From Camelus dromedarius (lineage: Eukaryota): a stretch of DNA of 64,000 nucleotides. Shown here in pieces: positions 49,281 through 62,839 of the stretch (position 1 is its first letter; the number at the start of each line of letters is the position of its first letter). The notes beneath the pieces were generated by a model that worked only from the letters and a program-made list of their open reading frames with translations, made no database searches and was not told the DNA's origin. The translations under genes were made by a program, and so were the position numbers. The DNA lies in assembly GCF_036321535.1 (NCBI RefSeq), contig NC_087437.1, positions 104,410,001 through 104,474,000 on the forward strand, given 5' to 3'.

Positions 49281-52200
49281 GGCTTCAACTTGTTGAGTTT
49301 TCCCTGATTTCAATGCTTAATAAAAAGAATCCTAATTTTCTTTGCATGGGTTATAATATTCCATTATTCTCAAAGCAATTTTGTGTTTCATACTGAAAAT
49401 TTCAGTTACTTCAGCTTTTGTACTCACCCCTACTTCTCACCTTAGCACTCAATACCAGTCCCCCAGAGCTGATCTTGAAGAGAACACCAATGATTTCGGT
49501 AAATTCAGATATGCTGCTCTCCTTTGCTTTCTGAATCACTGTTATTGTACCAAGTTGACTGACTTAATTCACTCTTCTCTTAAGATAAGTTAATTCTTGG
49601 AAGATTTTCCTGTCAAGTATTAGGGTTCCAACAAACTGTTTTCCACTAATTATCCAGTAATTATCAGTGTTTTCATTAACAGTGACAAACCTAATTTTGG
49701 CTCAAGTAAAACTCCTGTAATATGGTCCCTCTAGGGAGAGAAGTCAATTGACATTTAAATAATGGCATTATTTGACGGTAAAACATATATAAACTTGTTA
49801 AACCCTGGGGGGAAATGTAATATAAGTAACTTTATTAAACAGTAGGGGAAATTATGACTGTCACAGTGTATTTCCTGAATGCTGTGTACTATTGACACAT
49901 GAAATGAGTTCAATAGTTATTAACATTAATAGTTTCTCTTGTTCACAGTTGGATGTGATTCAATTTAATCAAGACATATTTACTGAAAATCTGTTTTGTA
50001 ATGTTTTGCAAATTGTTTTTGAAAGTGGAAAATGTCCAGCTTGGCTTTCAAGGCATCTAATCTCTTCTCTAACTGTCATAGTATACAACATAAGAGAGAA
50101 ACAAACGATTACATGGGATCTAAAGGACGTTGTATCTGTTTGAGGATATTGAGAATAACTTCCTATTGAAGCTTGTATTTGAACTCTAATATGACAAATA
50201 CATAGCATTCAGAAAACCAGACCAGATTGACTCTAAAATTACTCATTCATGTAGACAAGGTTTTGGTGTTTGAAATGCAGAGTGAGTTTAGAATGAGTAG
50301 TTCAGTTTAATTAAAATACCCAGAAATGAAGAGCTAAAAATAGAAAAAAGATGCATACTATACAATGCCTTAAAAGCAGGACATTGTTTTTTCCTAATGT
50401 GTTCGGAAATACAGAGTCACTAAAGAAATTTTTAGACAGAATATTGACATGATCAGAATTTCAAAAAAAAAATAATTAGAAGTAGTTGGATCTATTATTT
50501 AAGTTAGGGTTAATATTTTATTTACTTCCTTATTTTATATGTCTTCAGATTGTGTTGAGAGTAGGATCATGGGAAAGAGTGATGGTTTAAAATTATTGTA
50601 AAGGAACTCTGGATCGGTGAAGTGACAAATACAGTATTTCTGGGCTACCACTACTTATACAATTTTACGCACTATGAAATATTTATACAATAGAATAAAT
50701 AACAGCACTTTTTGTGCTTCATAAAATGGATCCATGCCTCTGTAGTCCACATCCTCATGCCATAACCAACCAAATGGCATACTTCCTGGAATTATTCATC
50801 CAAGGAGAAAATAAAAGTAATAACAAAAGCAATTGGGTGGAAAACAGGATTTAAGACTTCAAACATGTTTAAAGCTCAAATAAACTTATTCATTTTCAGT
50901 CTATTCATAGCATTAAAACTATTTCAACCATCACATTTATGTCTTATAAAACGAACAGTTGTGGAAGATATTTTGTTTTAGTATAATATGTAATCAATAT
51001 AAACATATGGCATTCTGAAACCCTAATTTACATGCAAGTCTAAAGTTAATTGTTCTTCAGCATCTTTTTCTTCCTGTAGGTTAGACTGTAGATAGGGAGA
51101 TGATCATTTTATAGCCTTTACCTCTTTACGGAAAGCAGGATTTCTCATACGTTGCATTTTGAACCCATGATTTACTGGTTTCCCTAATGAAAAACGTGAT
51201 TTCCAAGTCTCTTTTACCTTAAATACTAAAATTTCAATGAAATTTTGTAAGCATATAGTGAACAAAATAAAATGCCACATTTTAAATGGGATTGTGTGTT
51301 TGTGAAGAAAACATGTTTCATACTGAGTATCAGAGAAAACTGTATTATTTTGGGTTATAATGTAGTAACTCTGTTATCACATCTTCCATACTTTTTTATT
51401 TCGCTATTCTTTTCTGCTGAAGTCTCTGTACTCCCTCAGTTTCTCTCTCACACTTTCTTTCTTTCTTTGAAACCTGGATTCTTGGAGTTACCCTTGAGTA
51501 AACTACTCTAATGGTCAGCCAGTGATCGTTCAGTGGCTTAGATTATCTTCTTAAGCGGCTTGAGCCAGTAAAGTCTTCAACGCTTTGCCGAAGGGATATA
51601 TACATATATCCCTTAATGTCCTATGCCGTGAATACCCAAGTAGTTTACACATATACCAGAACCATACTTTCTGCTTGTATGGGGCTTCAGTGTCAGTAAG
51701 ATCTGACACACCCCAGCTGGGTATACATTCAGTGTTCTTTATCACCAGGACTATGTCAGAGCTTTTCAAAGTCTTTTATCAACATCTCCTTTCTCAAATC
51801 TTCCTTTAAATTTTTTTGACTTTGTATTTCATTTGTCCACATTCATATTGCAACTTTCAACAGATTACAATTTTGAACAATTGCTTCTGACTGATTTCAG
51901 CAAACACCCTGAACATCAGGCTTTTCTCAAAGAGAAAGCTCTGAGTCAGATCAAAATGAGCCTCTGCCCTGCACAGTGATGCTTTTCCGGGGAGCTTCCA
52001 CTCAAGGCAGATAGTGACAATGCTGTTGCAGTGGAGCACTTTGAAAAGCTCCACATTAGGTCTGGTCTCGTTTAGCAGCTGCACGGTGTCTGGTATTTAC
52101 AAGTAATGCAGTTTTAAAGCTTTTTTTTTTTTTTAAACCAATCACAGAGCCTGGGAATGGGAGTAGTTTAAGTTACAATGCAAAAAACCCTATTCTTACT

Positions 52201-52838
52201 AAGGGTTAGCTATTTTTCTTGAATAAACCATCTTCTTTAGTAGACATTATAAGAAAAACAATAAGTATAAAACAATACTAGAAAATTGCCATTAGATATA
52301 TTAATAAATTCAAATTATGAATTCAAGATTCAGGAAAGATATAGAAAACCATTAGTAAAATTAAATTGGAGGTGCTAGAAACTAATAAAGAATAGACGTT
52401 TTTAAGCTATTGAAATGTTCAGGTTTATTTATATTGTGTACCCTACTTATCACGACTGATGCAAGTAGTAAAATCAAAATATTAACAATAGTAGACATAA
52501 AAAGGAGATCTAAAATATGCATATCCTAGGAGAAAACAAACAAATACAGCAATGGTAAAGAACAAACATTTAAGAAATATTTTTTTAAAGTATTCTGAAA
52601 TGAGATACAAGAAAAATAAGGATTGTTACACAGATCAGAATGGCTAGGAAATTTTGATACATTGTGTCAACACAGGAACATATTCTTGTAATGTTATTTA
52701 ACTTGAAAGATCAAAATCCCTTTGAAAGGCCAGGGAAAACAAAGCAAAACATAACACAAAACACCTATAATTAATTAATTATAAACATATATTACGCTAA
52801 TTTCCTAAATCTGTTTTCCTTCTAAAGAACTATCATTT

Positions 52839-52872
52839 TATATATATGTATATATATATATATATATATATA
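52839..52872. repeat. (TA)n microsatellite
   Basis: Read directly. Confidence 0.9.
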
Positions 52873-52903
52873 GGGCCATAGCCATGAAAAATTATGTCTC
52901 CTG

Positions 52904-53381
52904 TGTGAACCAAAAATACTGCAAACCATATCAGCAAACAAAGAATGCGGAACCCATCAAGTCATCAGCTGCTGCCGCCAACCTGCAGTGAAGACAAGCC
53001 TGCAGCCCGGCCTCTGCAGCCACTCACAATGGTGCACCCTGAGGGGACTCAGAATAAGAAAGGACAGGATATTGGCTCTAGATAGATAGATGCTTGTCAA
53101 CGGAATGAATTCAGTGAGCCCAAATGTTTGCTTCCTCCCATACATAGAAAAGTGCTAAATTCTTTAACTTGAGATGCCTGATTTTCTTTAGATAACAAGT
53201 AATATTTTATTGTTCCAACTACCTGGTCTTTGTTGTAAAGTTCCTGTATATTCTAGCTCCTCCCCTACCTCTTCGGAGCAGTCCCTCCGAGTGATCTCAG
53301 AAGCTGTTGTCCCAGGCTGAGTCCTCCCGCCAATAAAACGTAACTCTCAACTTTTAGGCTGCGTGTTTATTTCAGTCAACA
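52904..53381 (+). mobile_element. ERV1-type solo LTR
   Basis: TGTGAACC...TTCAGTCAACA; CCAATAAAACGTAACTCTCAACTTTTAGGCTGCGTG U5-like region; related to 33447-33916. Confidence 0.8.
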
Positions 53382-53971
53382 CTGGCGTATCACTGAAAAC
53401 GCACACCTAGATCCTGATCAGAGACCCTCACATGGTCAGCCTCAGCTTATAAGAAACATCTGATTTTATATCCTCCTTGGAACAGGAAATGAAACAGGCA
53501 GGTTTGGGTGCCACTAATTTAAGAGAATCAAATTAGGAAGCTGCTTGAGCCACTAATGGAGGGAGGAGGAAAAGAAAAGAAAAGCCGTAAAGACAGGACT
53601 AGGGCACATCTACATTTTGGGTCAGAAAAAGGAAGAACAGTAGAGGCAGAAGGAGACACCAGAAAGTAGGCAAAGACGGCAAGAAAGAAGAAAATGAAGA
53701 ATGAGGGATGGTCTGTGTGGTTATGACCTATAATGTGTGTTACTATTACAAACCGCATATTTCTAGGGATTGAAAGGGCAGATAGAAAAAAAGGGGAAAT
53801 GGCAGGTAATAGTCAGAAGAGGAGAATTCCAGGGATATTAACGTTCTTATTTCCATCTGTATTACAAAATGCCCCTGGGCTAATATTATTTCCAAACTAT
53901 ATTACTGCTAGTTAACAGGACATGATTTTTCAAGTAGAAATAACGGAATGAGTTTTTTTTCTTCCCCATCT

Positions 53972-54612
53972 TGTTAGAGCAGGCAGATAGCTAGATATGA
54001 GCAGAGAAAGGGGGACATAAACTAAATGGCAGGAACTGGGCAGAAAGGAGGGGCACAAGCCAAATGCAGGAAACATACATAAGCACCAGGGGTGCCTGGG
54101 CAGAGAAAGAAAAGCTGGAATCTTTGGGCTGATAAGGGGCCACACCTTTTGGCCTGGAGACCAACAAAGAAAGGTCAGAAAAGGCAAGAGTTTCCAGTGT
54201 CCAAATGTAGCCTTTTACTCATTATGCCCTCGTTTCAATAACATTAGCCTTGCAGATCAGAAGTATCTGTCATACACCGACGCCATGACACTTCTGCTCC
54301 AGAGTAAATAAGGACAAAAATCCCTTCTCCCTTTGGGAAGGTGGAGTTGGGATGATCATCAGGAAATAGGACCCCAAGCCCTTCCCTCCTCAGTGAACAT
54401 TCTACCCATTCATTTTTACACCCAATGTAACTAACTTGCCAAGGAAACTCAGGGCAGCTGCTCACCTGAGCCTGCCTACTCTCCCCTTAAGAGTGTACTA
54501 TCCATCCTTTAATAAATCCTAATTTTACTTTTCTTAACCTCTATGTCTTGTCTCTGAATTCTTTCTGGGATGGGACAAGAACCTGGAACACCGGTTGGAT
54601 CCACTGGCAAAA
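53972..54612 (+). mobile_element. ERV1-type solo LTR (MER50-like start)
   Basis: TGTTAGAGCAGGCAGATAGCTAGATATGAGCAG start; AATAAA followed by TCTGAATTCTTTCTGGGATGGGACAAGAACC; perfect ATCT TSD (53968-53971 / 54613-54616). Confidence 0.85.
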
Positions 54613-56255
54613 ATCTGATTTTAAGAATGCATCACACTCTCCCCTTTTGCTAAGCTATTCGAGGAACTCATTTACTGCTCTTCAAAAAAAAAAAAAAAAA
54701 TTCCCAAAATAATACATGAACAAAATTAGGTTGTGATATGCATTGAGATCACTATAAAATACTTTTCTCATTGAAGTTGCTTCATACATGACAGATGTTT
54801 TGACAACCACATTTATTATCTCCCTGTGTATTCCCCTTTGTCCTTCCCTGTGCTAACATCTACTGACAGGCAGTGATCAGCGTTAGCAAATAGCTCATCT
54901 GGGGCTGAGCATCTAGCCAGCAAGCCTCCTGCAGTCTAGAGGCAAAACAAAAATTCTCTGTTGCATAGCTGTTCAGTTAATTAAACACTGGTAATGTCTG
55001 TTCTGTTGTTCTTATTGAAATTAAAAAGACAGTATTTTAACCGATAGTAATACCATGCCAGAACAAACCAGGGCCACATATCAAAGAACATTAATGGTAA
55101 AATGCAATATGTCCTGCTCTCCTACCTGCAAAGTGATGTTATTGGGAGGGAAAAACATTGCCCTTTGAATTTTTATCATTATCATGTGAGATTTATTAAA
55201 CACTGATATCGTTTTATTGAGCTAGGTCTTCTCCAAGCAAGTTTTACAAGCCCTGACATTTAAGAGCTAGGGTTTTTAAACCAGCCAGTGTTGATAAAGT
55301 TGATTGTAAAATGCTGGTACTTGAAAAAGAGAAATTACAAAAACAGGTTGAGGGAAGGGAAGTAATATTGAGGGCAGAATGAGAGAAAAAAATGCTTTGC
55401 AGTTTATCTCTAGGAGAGATAAAGTAAGTTAAAATGCTGGAAGTGTACTCTTATTTGTCAGGAAATGAAAACAATTAAGCATATAGTTTGTAGGAAAAGA
55501 TCTCGGTTAGGAACAGCAAGACATGCAAGTTACAGCCACTATCTGGCAGAAGGTTATTCTGTGAAGAAGTAAAATTGTAGAAGTATTTGTATGTGGAATG
55601 AGTTTGAGGAAAACTCCTAAGTTTATCTGGGATTGTTCTCCTTTGATCATCAGTGGTTAGTGATAACTATTTTCATTAAGGTTTCAATATATTTTTCTTT
55701 CATAAGGATCTAAGCACTACTGTCTTTCAGCAGATAATCTCCACGAATGGCACAATGGGATAGAAAGCAAACAAAAATTTACAATTAACCAAGGCTGTAC
55801 TACGCATTTATTTAGAATTCCATACCACTCATTAATCGTATATTCTTTCACATATTGAATTGTTTACACAAATTAGGAGAAAAGCAACCAGCCACTAACA
55901 GGGGAGACTGGCTGAGTCAGGCAGGAGTATAGACAATGCTCCTTTCTTTCTGCTCTCAGTGAGTTCTGTTCCTCCCTCCACTCCATTGAAACTAAAGTGC
56001 ATTCAGTGAGTCTTGAAAATTTCCCTTAAAAAACCTTATGTGACTTTATATCCTTTGACTGCAGTTCAACCCATATCAATCCTTCAGTTTCCTCCATGAA
56101 TGAGTATAAACAAAACATTTGGAAGATAGTTTTTTTGACTTCACAGATAGTTTCAGATGCTCACTGCCTTGAAAATGTAGGCATTAAAAATTGAAGGAGT
56201 TGTGAGATAGGACTGTTTTTACTTGAAGAAACCTTGCTAAATGGCCTAGAGAAAC

Positions 56256-57055
56256 TGGTAGCGGATAGAGGGACCCCCAAACTGGAAAGCCCACCACACG
56301 TATGGGCAAGACCATGAAGCAGGTGAACAAGACCCGCCAAATGTGTGGATCCTTGCCCATCGACTGAGAAAGAATTCTCAACAGAGGCAGGGGAACAAAG
56401 GGGAAAAAAAAGAACTACTTTTATTGCTCAGAGAGGGAGAGAGAAGGAAATACTCAAGTGGAGAGCTGTCAGCTAGGTAGCTGGTCAAGACAACTCCAAT
56501 TTCTGACGGAGCCCTGGGGTCTTTTATTGGAAGGCTCTGCCTTCATTATCTTCATTCTGGTGATGGTGCTAATTACTTTTTGTTACAAGCTATTTCCTCT
56601 GTCAGAGCTCAGGCCTGAGGCAGAAACTTTGGCAGGAACAAAAAAAGAGATACTGGGTATGTCCTTGGAGTTAATGCAGCAGCTGTGGGACGTAAATCGT
56701 CCTGTTGTAGGACTATGTCCTTGGAATTAAGGAGCCAGTTGTGGGATAAGAGCAAGGTCCTGCCTTTCATCAGCCTGGCACGTTCTGCCCCTTGTTGGAA
56801 GCCAGTCAGGGTCAGTAAGCCTGTCAAATCACCTCTCTCTACTTCCCCCTGAGAGACTTCATACTCAAGAATCTTCTTGGGGAAATGGATGGAAGTCTCC
56901 ATTTTCTGTGGCTTCTTCCTGCTGAAAAGGGGTGGAGGCCTGCCTACTGAAGCAGAAGTCTCTATCTTGTTTAAATCTAGATATTCTGACCCTGGGACAG
57001 ACTTCTGACCATGCAGCAGCAGCATCTTTGAAACGGCTGGAGGTGATTTGAAATA
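56256..57055 (-). mobile_element. ERV1-type solo LTR
   Basis: GC-richer block with GGATCCTTG..GAAAGAATTC and TTTATT (reverse-complement polyA signal), an architecture like 40822-41446. Possible AAAC TSD (56252-56255 / 57056-57059). Confidence 0.65.
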
Positions 57056-58486
57056 AAACGGGAAAGTACTTGAATTAAGATGGTCCAATAACATAATAAT
57101 ACATTTACTAACATTTGCTTTACTAATACAAAGCTATTGGGATCACAAGCAATATATAAGCAATATACCCACTTACAGTGAGATAAGTTTTGCTGTAGGT
57201 AAGTTCAAGAAAAGCAAGTTCCACTTTTGTAATTTTCCAAAAGTTTGATCAATGAAACTAGTAGTGAAGAGTAAGTAAACGACTTGACCTGGTATTTAGT
57301 AAATCTATGTGGCGTGGATTCCCTCATCCTGTTTCTTAATTTCTCTTTTTCAAGTACCAGCATTTTACAGTCAACTTTATCAACATTGCCTGGTTTAAAA
57401 TCCTAGCTCTTAAATGTCAGGGCTTGTGACTTATTAAAAATAGTTTTTATCTCCTTGGATTTTCTTTCTTTCTTTTGGCACAACTGAGGAGTCACTATCT
57501 TCACATTCATCAACCAGCCACAACCACGGTAATATAAAATTCTTGACATCTTGAATAAAATGTAGTGAGATAAAATCATTGATTTTCAAGTCTCTCACAG
57601 TTTTTATCACTCTATTTGCCAAACTCTATCCCTCCCTAATTTTTTGACATTTGGTTCTAAGTTACAAATGACTACTTTAAGAGGAGTTATCTCTTGGAAT
57701 TCATAACATACAATGGTTTTCCATATTTTCATGACTTCATTTCATTTCCTGCTGCTTGAAATCCTCCCTTGTCATCACCCTTCCAACCATCTCATCAGTT
57801 ATGGCTGAACTCAAATCCAAGCTTTCTTGTGAAACATACATTGGAATCTTTATTCTGTAAAATCCTTACAGTGGTTCCTGTCAGCATCACTCATTTGAGC
57901 ATATAAATTTTATTCAAGTGTATGATTAATTGTGTGTATCTTGCTTCCCCAGTTAAATTGTGGGTACGAAGTGCAACACTGCTGAGTCAGTAAAAGAGAG
58001 CACTGGGGTGCATATATTTTCCCAAGCTCCATGAGGGAATGGAAACAATATATGCACTCCTTATCCCCCTCATAGACTCTATCTCAGTGCAGAAAACATA
58101 TTTTGGGCTCTGTTTTTATTTGTTTGAAATAGTGGTATATTTTAGACAAATGCAATTTAGAGAAGAGTATGGAGGGAATAAGCCATGTCTACTCCATCTC
58201 ATTGAAGCAGTAACCACTCATTGCCTGTCTGTACTGTATCCCATGGCGTGAATCTCATCTCCCCCTCTCAAGGACTATGATCAGGCAGCAGTTCAGTTCG
58301 CAGTCCAATGCGACTGCCCTGAAATGTGGTCTTGTTAGAGCTAATGTCAGTGGGCCTGTCAGAGTCAACAGCAAGTCCTCATTGTCTCAGGAACAATGAG
58401 GTGTTAACTTTGGTTGATCTGCAGTTATCAACTGCTTGATATCACTCAGCTTTTCCCTGGGCTTTGAATGAGTTCATGGCTATCAA

Positions 58487-58547
58487 TACATACATATATA
58501 TGTGTGCATGTATATATATATACACACACATATATATGTATATATAT
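58487..58547. repeat. Compound TA/TG/CA microsatellite (quasi-palindromic)
   Basis: Read directly. Confidence 0.9.
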
Positions 58548-59298
58548 TTGAAATTCTTTATCTGAAAATTATTGTAGCATTATGATTACTCTTTCCCTTG
58601 TGATGTAACCCAAATGTATTGGTTTAAGAATGTATCATCTCTGATATTGCAAGGGATATTTGCAAGCCAAGACATACTAGCTCATGCTTTGAAAGTAACA
58701 GAACTTTACATAACTGCATCTTCACTACAGTTTGAAATTTGCTTTTACGTTGTTTAAAAGGTGGTGGTAGGAATTACAAAAGCATGGCAGCAAAAAAAGT
58801 TTTACTGATAACATATAGTGTGTAATATTAGTGATTCTATATACAAGTGACTTTAGAATATCTTAGTCATTCTTAACTCAACATCATGAATGACCTTTTT
58901 GTGGAGGAAAAAAATGTAAGTTATCTTAAAGGAAGCTAGTTTAATTGATTTCATTGTCTTTGTTTTTTATCTCTAGGCATGAATAATAATTATTCAAAAT
59001 CATTTAATTACTTTGTATAATATTCATTAAAATCCATCATTTCAGCCATTCTAAAACACATCATTATTTTATGCATTAAAAATGCAGAAAAAAAATTCTC
59101 CCAAACGAACCAAGATAGAATTTTTCATAGCATCCTAAAAATTGTATCCTTTTTGAAATATCTAACCCATCTTCGTTAGTGAAATGCTTAGCATATATTA
59201 CTCCTGAGATTACAAAGAAGGAAATGATGAGTGAAATTAATTAGTTAAGGTATTCCTAAACTTCATTTTGAGAATTAAACTCTTTTGCAGTACTTTTT

Positions 59299-59378
59299 AT
59301 ATATTTTTGTTGAAGTATAGTCAATTTACAATGTGTCAATTTCCAGTGTACAGCACTTCAGTCGTGTAGGAATGTATA
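59299..59378 (-). mobile_element. Extremely 5'-truncated young LINE-1 3' terminus with a 15-bp TSD
   Basis: TTGAAGTATAGTCAATTTACAATGTGTCAATTTCCAGTGTACAGCA matches a cetartiodactyl-type L1 3' end. Flanks TTTGCAGTACTTTTT (59284-59298) and TTTGAAGCACTTTTT (59379-59393). Confidence 0.75.
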
Positions 59379-59827
59379 TTTGAAGCACTTTTTGATTCAG
59401 AGTTATCAGTATTTGTATTCTTCACATGACGTCATCCACTGTGCCTTCAGAAGTGTTGTTGCAAAATTATTAGAGTGCTTACTTCTTGTCTCTGAAGGTT
59501 CTTACCAAGACTCACCCATTTTACCAGTTTTTGTACATATACAAGCAGGTCATAACATCTACATCATGCCTATGAAAACCCTACTGTGATGACAAAATGA
59601 ATTATAATTTCAGAGATGTTGAAATGTGTCAGAATGTGTGTCTTTCAACCAGTGAAGTAACATATAATACTGTTTTCCTTTCCCTCAGACACACAAAAAA
59701 ATGCTAATCAAATAATTCAAAGCCATAATACTTTAGAGAAGTATATATATGCTGAGACATTCTTTGGGGGTTCTCCCTAGATATGACTTGTCTTTGTTAT
59801 TTTTCTTGGTCTTCACTAAGTGTGAAG

Positions 59828-61410
59828 CGTGACTAGGATTTCCAGTACTATGTTAAACAGAGGTGGTAAGAGTGAACATCCTTATTTTGCTCCTGGTTTT
59901 AAAAGAAAAACTTTTGGCTTTTTACTGTTGAGTATGATATTAGCTGTGAGTTTGTCATAAATGGGCTTTATTATGTTGAGATATGTTTTCTCATACCAAT
60001 TTTGATGAGAGTTTTTATCATGAATGGATGCTGAATTTTCTCAAATGTTTTTTCTGTATCAATTGAGATTATCATGTGATTTTCATCTATTCTTTTGTTA
60101 ATGTGGAGTATCACATTGACTGGTTTGTGGTTATTGAACTATCCTAGCATCATTGTGATAAATCCCGTTTGATCTTAGTGTATTTTATATATATATATAT
60201 AATTATATATGTAATATATATAACATATATTATATATATATAACAAATATATATGGTTTAATTTGCTAATATTTTACTAAGGATTTTTGCATCTATATTC
60301 ATCAAAGATATTGGCCTATAATTTTCTTTTTTTGTAGTGTCTTTCTCTGGTTTTGTTATCTGGGTAATGGAGTCCTCATAAAAATGAAATTTTGGAATGT
60401 TTTATCGTGTTCAATTTTTTGGAATAGTTTGAGTAGGATGTATATTATCTTATCTTTATATGTTTTTAGAAAATCTTTGTGAAGCCCTCCATGTTGGACT
60501 TTTGTTTGCTGGGATTCTTTTGCTTTTTTAATTACACTTTGTATTTCTCTCCTAGTGATCAGTTTGTTCAGATTATCTATTTCTTCCTGATTTAGTTTTG
60601 GAAGTTTGTATGTTTCTAGAAATTTGACCATTTTGTCTAAGCTGCCTATTTCATTGGGATATATGTCTTTATAGTATTCTCTTATCATTTTGTTTATCTG
60701 GATCTTGTCTCTTTTTTTAAAAAAAGCCATGGTAAAGGCTCATCAATTTTGTTTCTATTTTTAAAAAACAAGATCTTGGTTTCCTTGGTCTTTTCTATTG
60801 TTTTCTTTGTCTCTATTTCATTCGTTTTCCCTCTGATATTTATTATATACTTCTTTTTTTCTAACTTTGGTCTTCGTTTATCCTTGTTTTTCTAATTCAC
60901 ATAGATGGAAGTTCAGGTCGTGTGAGAGTTTACTTTTTTCTTGAGTATGGCCTGCATTGCCATAAACCTCCCTCATAACAGCTTTTGCTGTATCCCATAG
61001 ATTTTGGAAAGATTTGTTTCTCTGTTTATTTATCTCAAGGTAGTTTCTGTTTTCCTCTTTGATTTTTGATCCATTTATTTTATTGTAGCATATTGTTTAG
61101 TTTCCACTTGTTTGTATTTTCCCACTTTCCATCTTGTAATTGATTTGTAGTTTCAAACTGTTGTGATTAGAAAAAAATGCTTGATATAAATTTATATCCT
61201 CTTAAATGTGTTAAAACTTGTTTCTGGGGTCTATCCTGGAGAACATTCCGTGGAATGTATATTCTGCTGTTTTGGGATGGAATGTTCTGTAATAATCCAT
61301 AAAGTCCAATAGGTCTATTGTGTCATTGAAGACGACTGTTGCCTTATTGATATTCTGTCTAGATGATCCGTCCATTGATGTAAATGGAGTGTTACTTGAC
61401 TTTCCATTCT
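59828..61410 (-). mobile_element. LINE-1 ORF2 internal fragment (endonuclease C-terminal part through the start of RT), decayed
   Basis: ORF 61211-61441 (NTPFTSMDGSSRQNINKAT..YRTFHPKTAEYTF) and ORF 60356-60730 (IREYYKDIYPNEIGSLDKMVKFLETYKLPKLNQEEIDNLNKLIT). 59830-59890 encodes the QGCxLxPLLFNIVLE motif. Confidence 0.95.
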
Positions 61411-61649
61411 CCTGATTCACACCTGAATTCTCTGCTATCAAATAAAACTTAATCCTTGTATAATCTTTTTAGTGTGTGCTTACATTTGCCCATTTTTTTT
61501 CCTAATTCTTTGCACTTATTTTCACCATTTTTCCAATAGCCTTAAGCTCAGTCTCATGTGACACCTAGATTTCCAGCTCCAGCGTCTCTATTAAATCCTC
61601 TATTACTTATTTTTTGATTTACTATAGATGCTGAGTACTTCACTTATGC

Positions 61650-62830
61650 AGTAAAATTTTAAGTAGCATCTTTTCTTATTAAAAAATCAATATGTGTTAA
61701 TTATAAAAAGCTTAGTATATGTAGGTAGGCCAAAATAAAAATTATCTATTACTTTCATAACATTGATTTAGGTATTATTGTGCGTTCTGGTATCTGTTTC
61801 TGTGCCTCTTGGGCTCCCTTCATCCATAAATCTACCTCACCCCAACTGATCAAATACAGTATTTTAAATTACATTTATACAATTCATGTAACTTAATTTA
61901 AATATAAGTGCTATATTGCATTTCATTTTGTAAATATATACAGAGTATTTAATAAACCTTATTTTTGAGCATTTAGATTATTTCCAAATGTTAATTATGT
62001 AAAAATTATGTGCTGTTTTTGCATCTCCATGATTTCTTTGTGATTAATACTTAGAATTCTATATTAAAATATATTAATATTTTTGAAGCTTTTTAAAACT
62101 ACAAGTTAGCATATGCTCAATGCTGAAAACAAAAACAAAAAGACACAGAAAATCTCAGTGAGGGAGGAAGGTTATCCAGTCACACCTCCCAAACACATTT
62201 ACTTTTTAACTCTTTCTCTGCATCTTTTAGTCTTCTTTCCCATACTATCTGCATGCTCGTTAGACAAATGTTGTCATACTGTGTGTGTGTTGATATGCCA
62301 GTTTTGACCTAACTTTTCACATTGCAACAATTTATTATACATTCACCTGTCAATCAAGATTTCTTACAGTTATTCAACAGCATAACATTATATCATGCAT
62401 ATCATAATAGAAAATCTATCTAACCAGTGACTCTAGGTTCTTTCCAACTTAACATTGTGATTAATATGTTATAAATTTTCAAGCATTTATGATTAAATTA
62501 TGAAGGTAAATGTCCTTCTGGTTATCCAGTTGCCATAACACAATTAGCATCATGTGCTGGGTATAGATTTTCTGGGTCAATGTTTAGCATACAGTATTTA
62601 AATACTTAATAAGTACTGCCAAAGTGCACCAAAATAGAACTTAGAATTATTTAAATACCTACTAGCAAATGGTTTCCCTGCTTCATCAGCAACTCTGGCT
62701 AGCATAAAATTTTTAAATGTGTATAATGCTTAAAGGTGAACTAATTCACAATAAATTAATTTGCTATACTTGACTATTTGATTACTAGGTTTAACTTTTA
62801 TTTTTCACATGCTTCTTCACTTGTCAATTG
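61650..62830 (-). mobile_element. Very old LINE-1 3' region fragments (L1ME-like)
   Basis: GAGCATTTAGATTATTTCCAAA..; TAGATTTTCTGGGTCAA..TTAATAAGTACTGCCAAAGTG..TTTGATTACTAG..TTTTTCACATGCTT. Confidence 0.5.
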
Positions 62831-62839
62831 ACTCTTGCT

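Noticed and set aside
51591..51614. AAGGGATATAT-AC-ATATATCCCTT hairpin (also a 9-bp stem at 2107-2129)
   Set aside because: Too short for a pre-miRNA or MITE and plausible by chance in 64 kb.
53382..53420. TGGCG just after the LTR as a primer-binding site of a provirus
   Set aside because: No recognisable tRNA 3' complement or internal sequence, and the next LTR (53972) is a different family with its own TSD.
56609..57094. Longest ORF in the window (161 aa, - strand)
   Set aside because: It lies mostly within an LTR-like block, has a non-ATG start and no recognisable domain, so it is likely a chance ORF.
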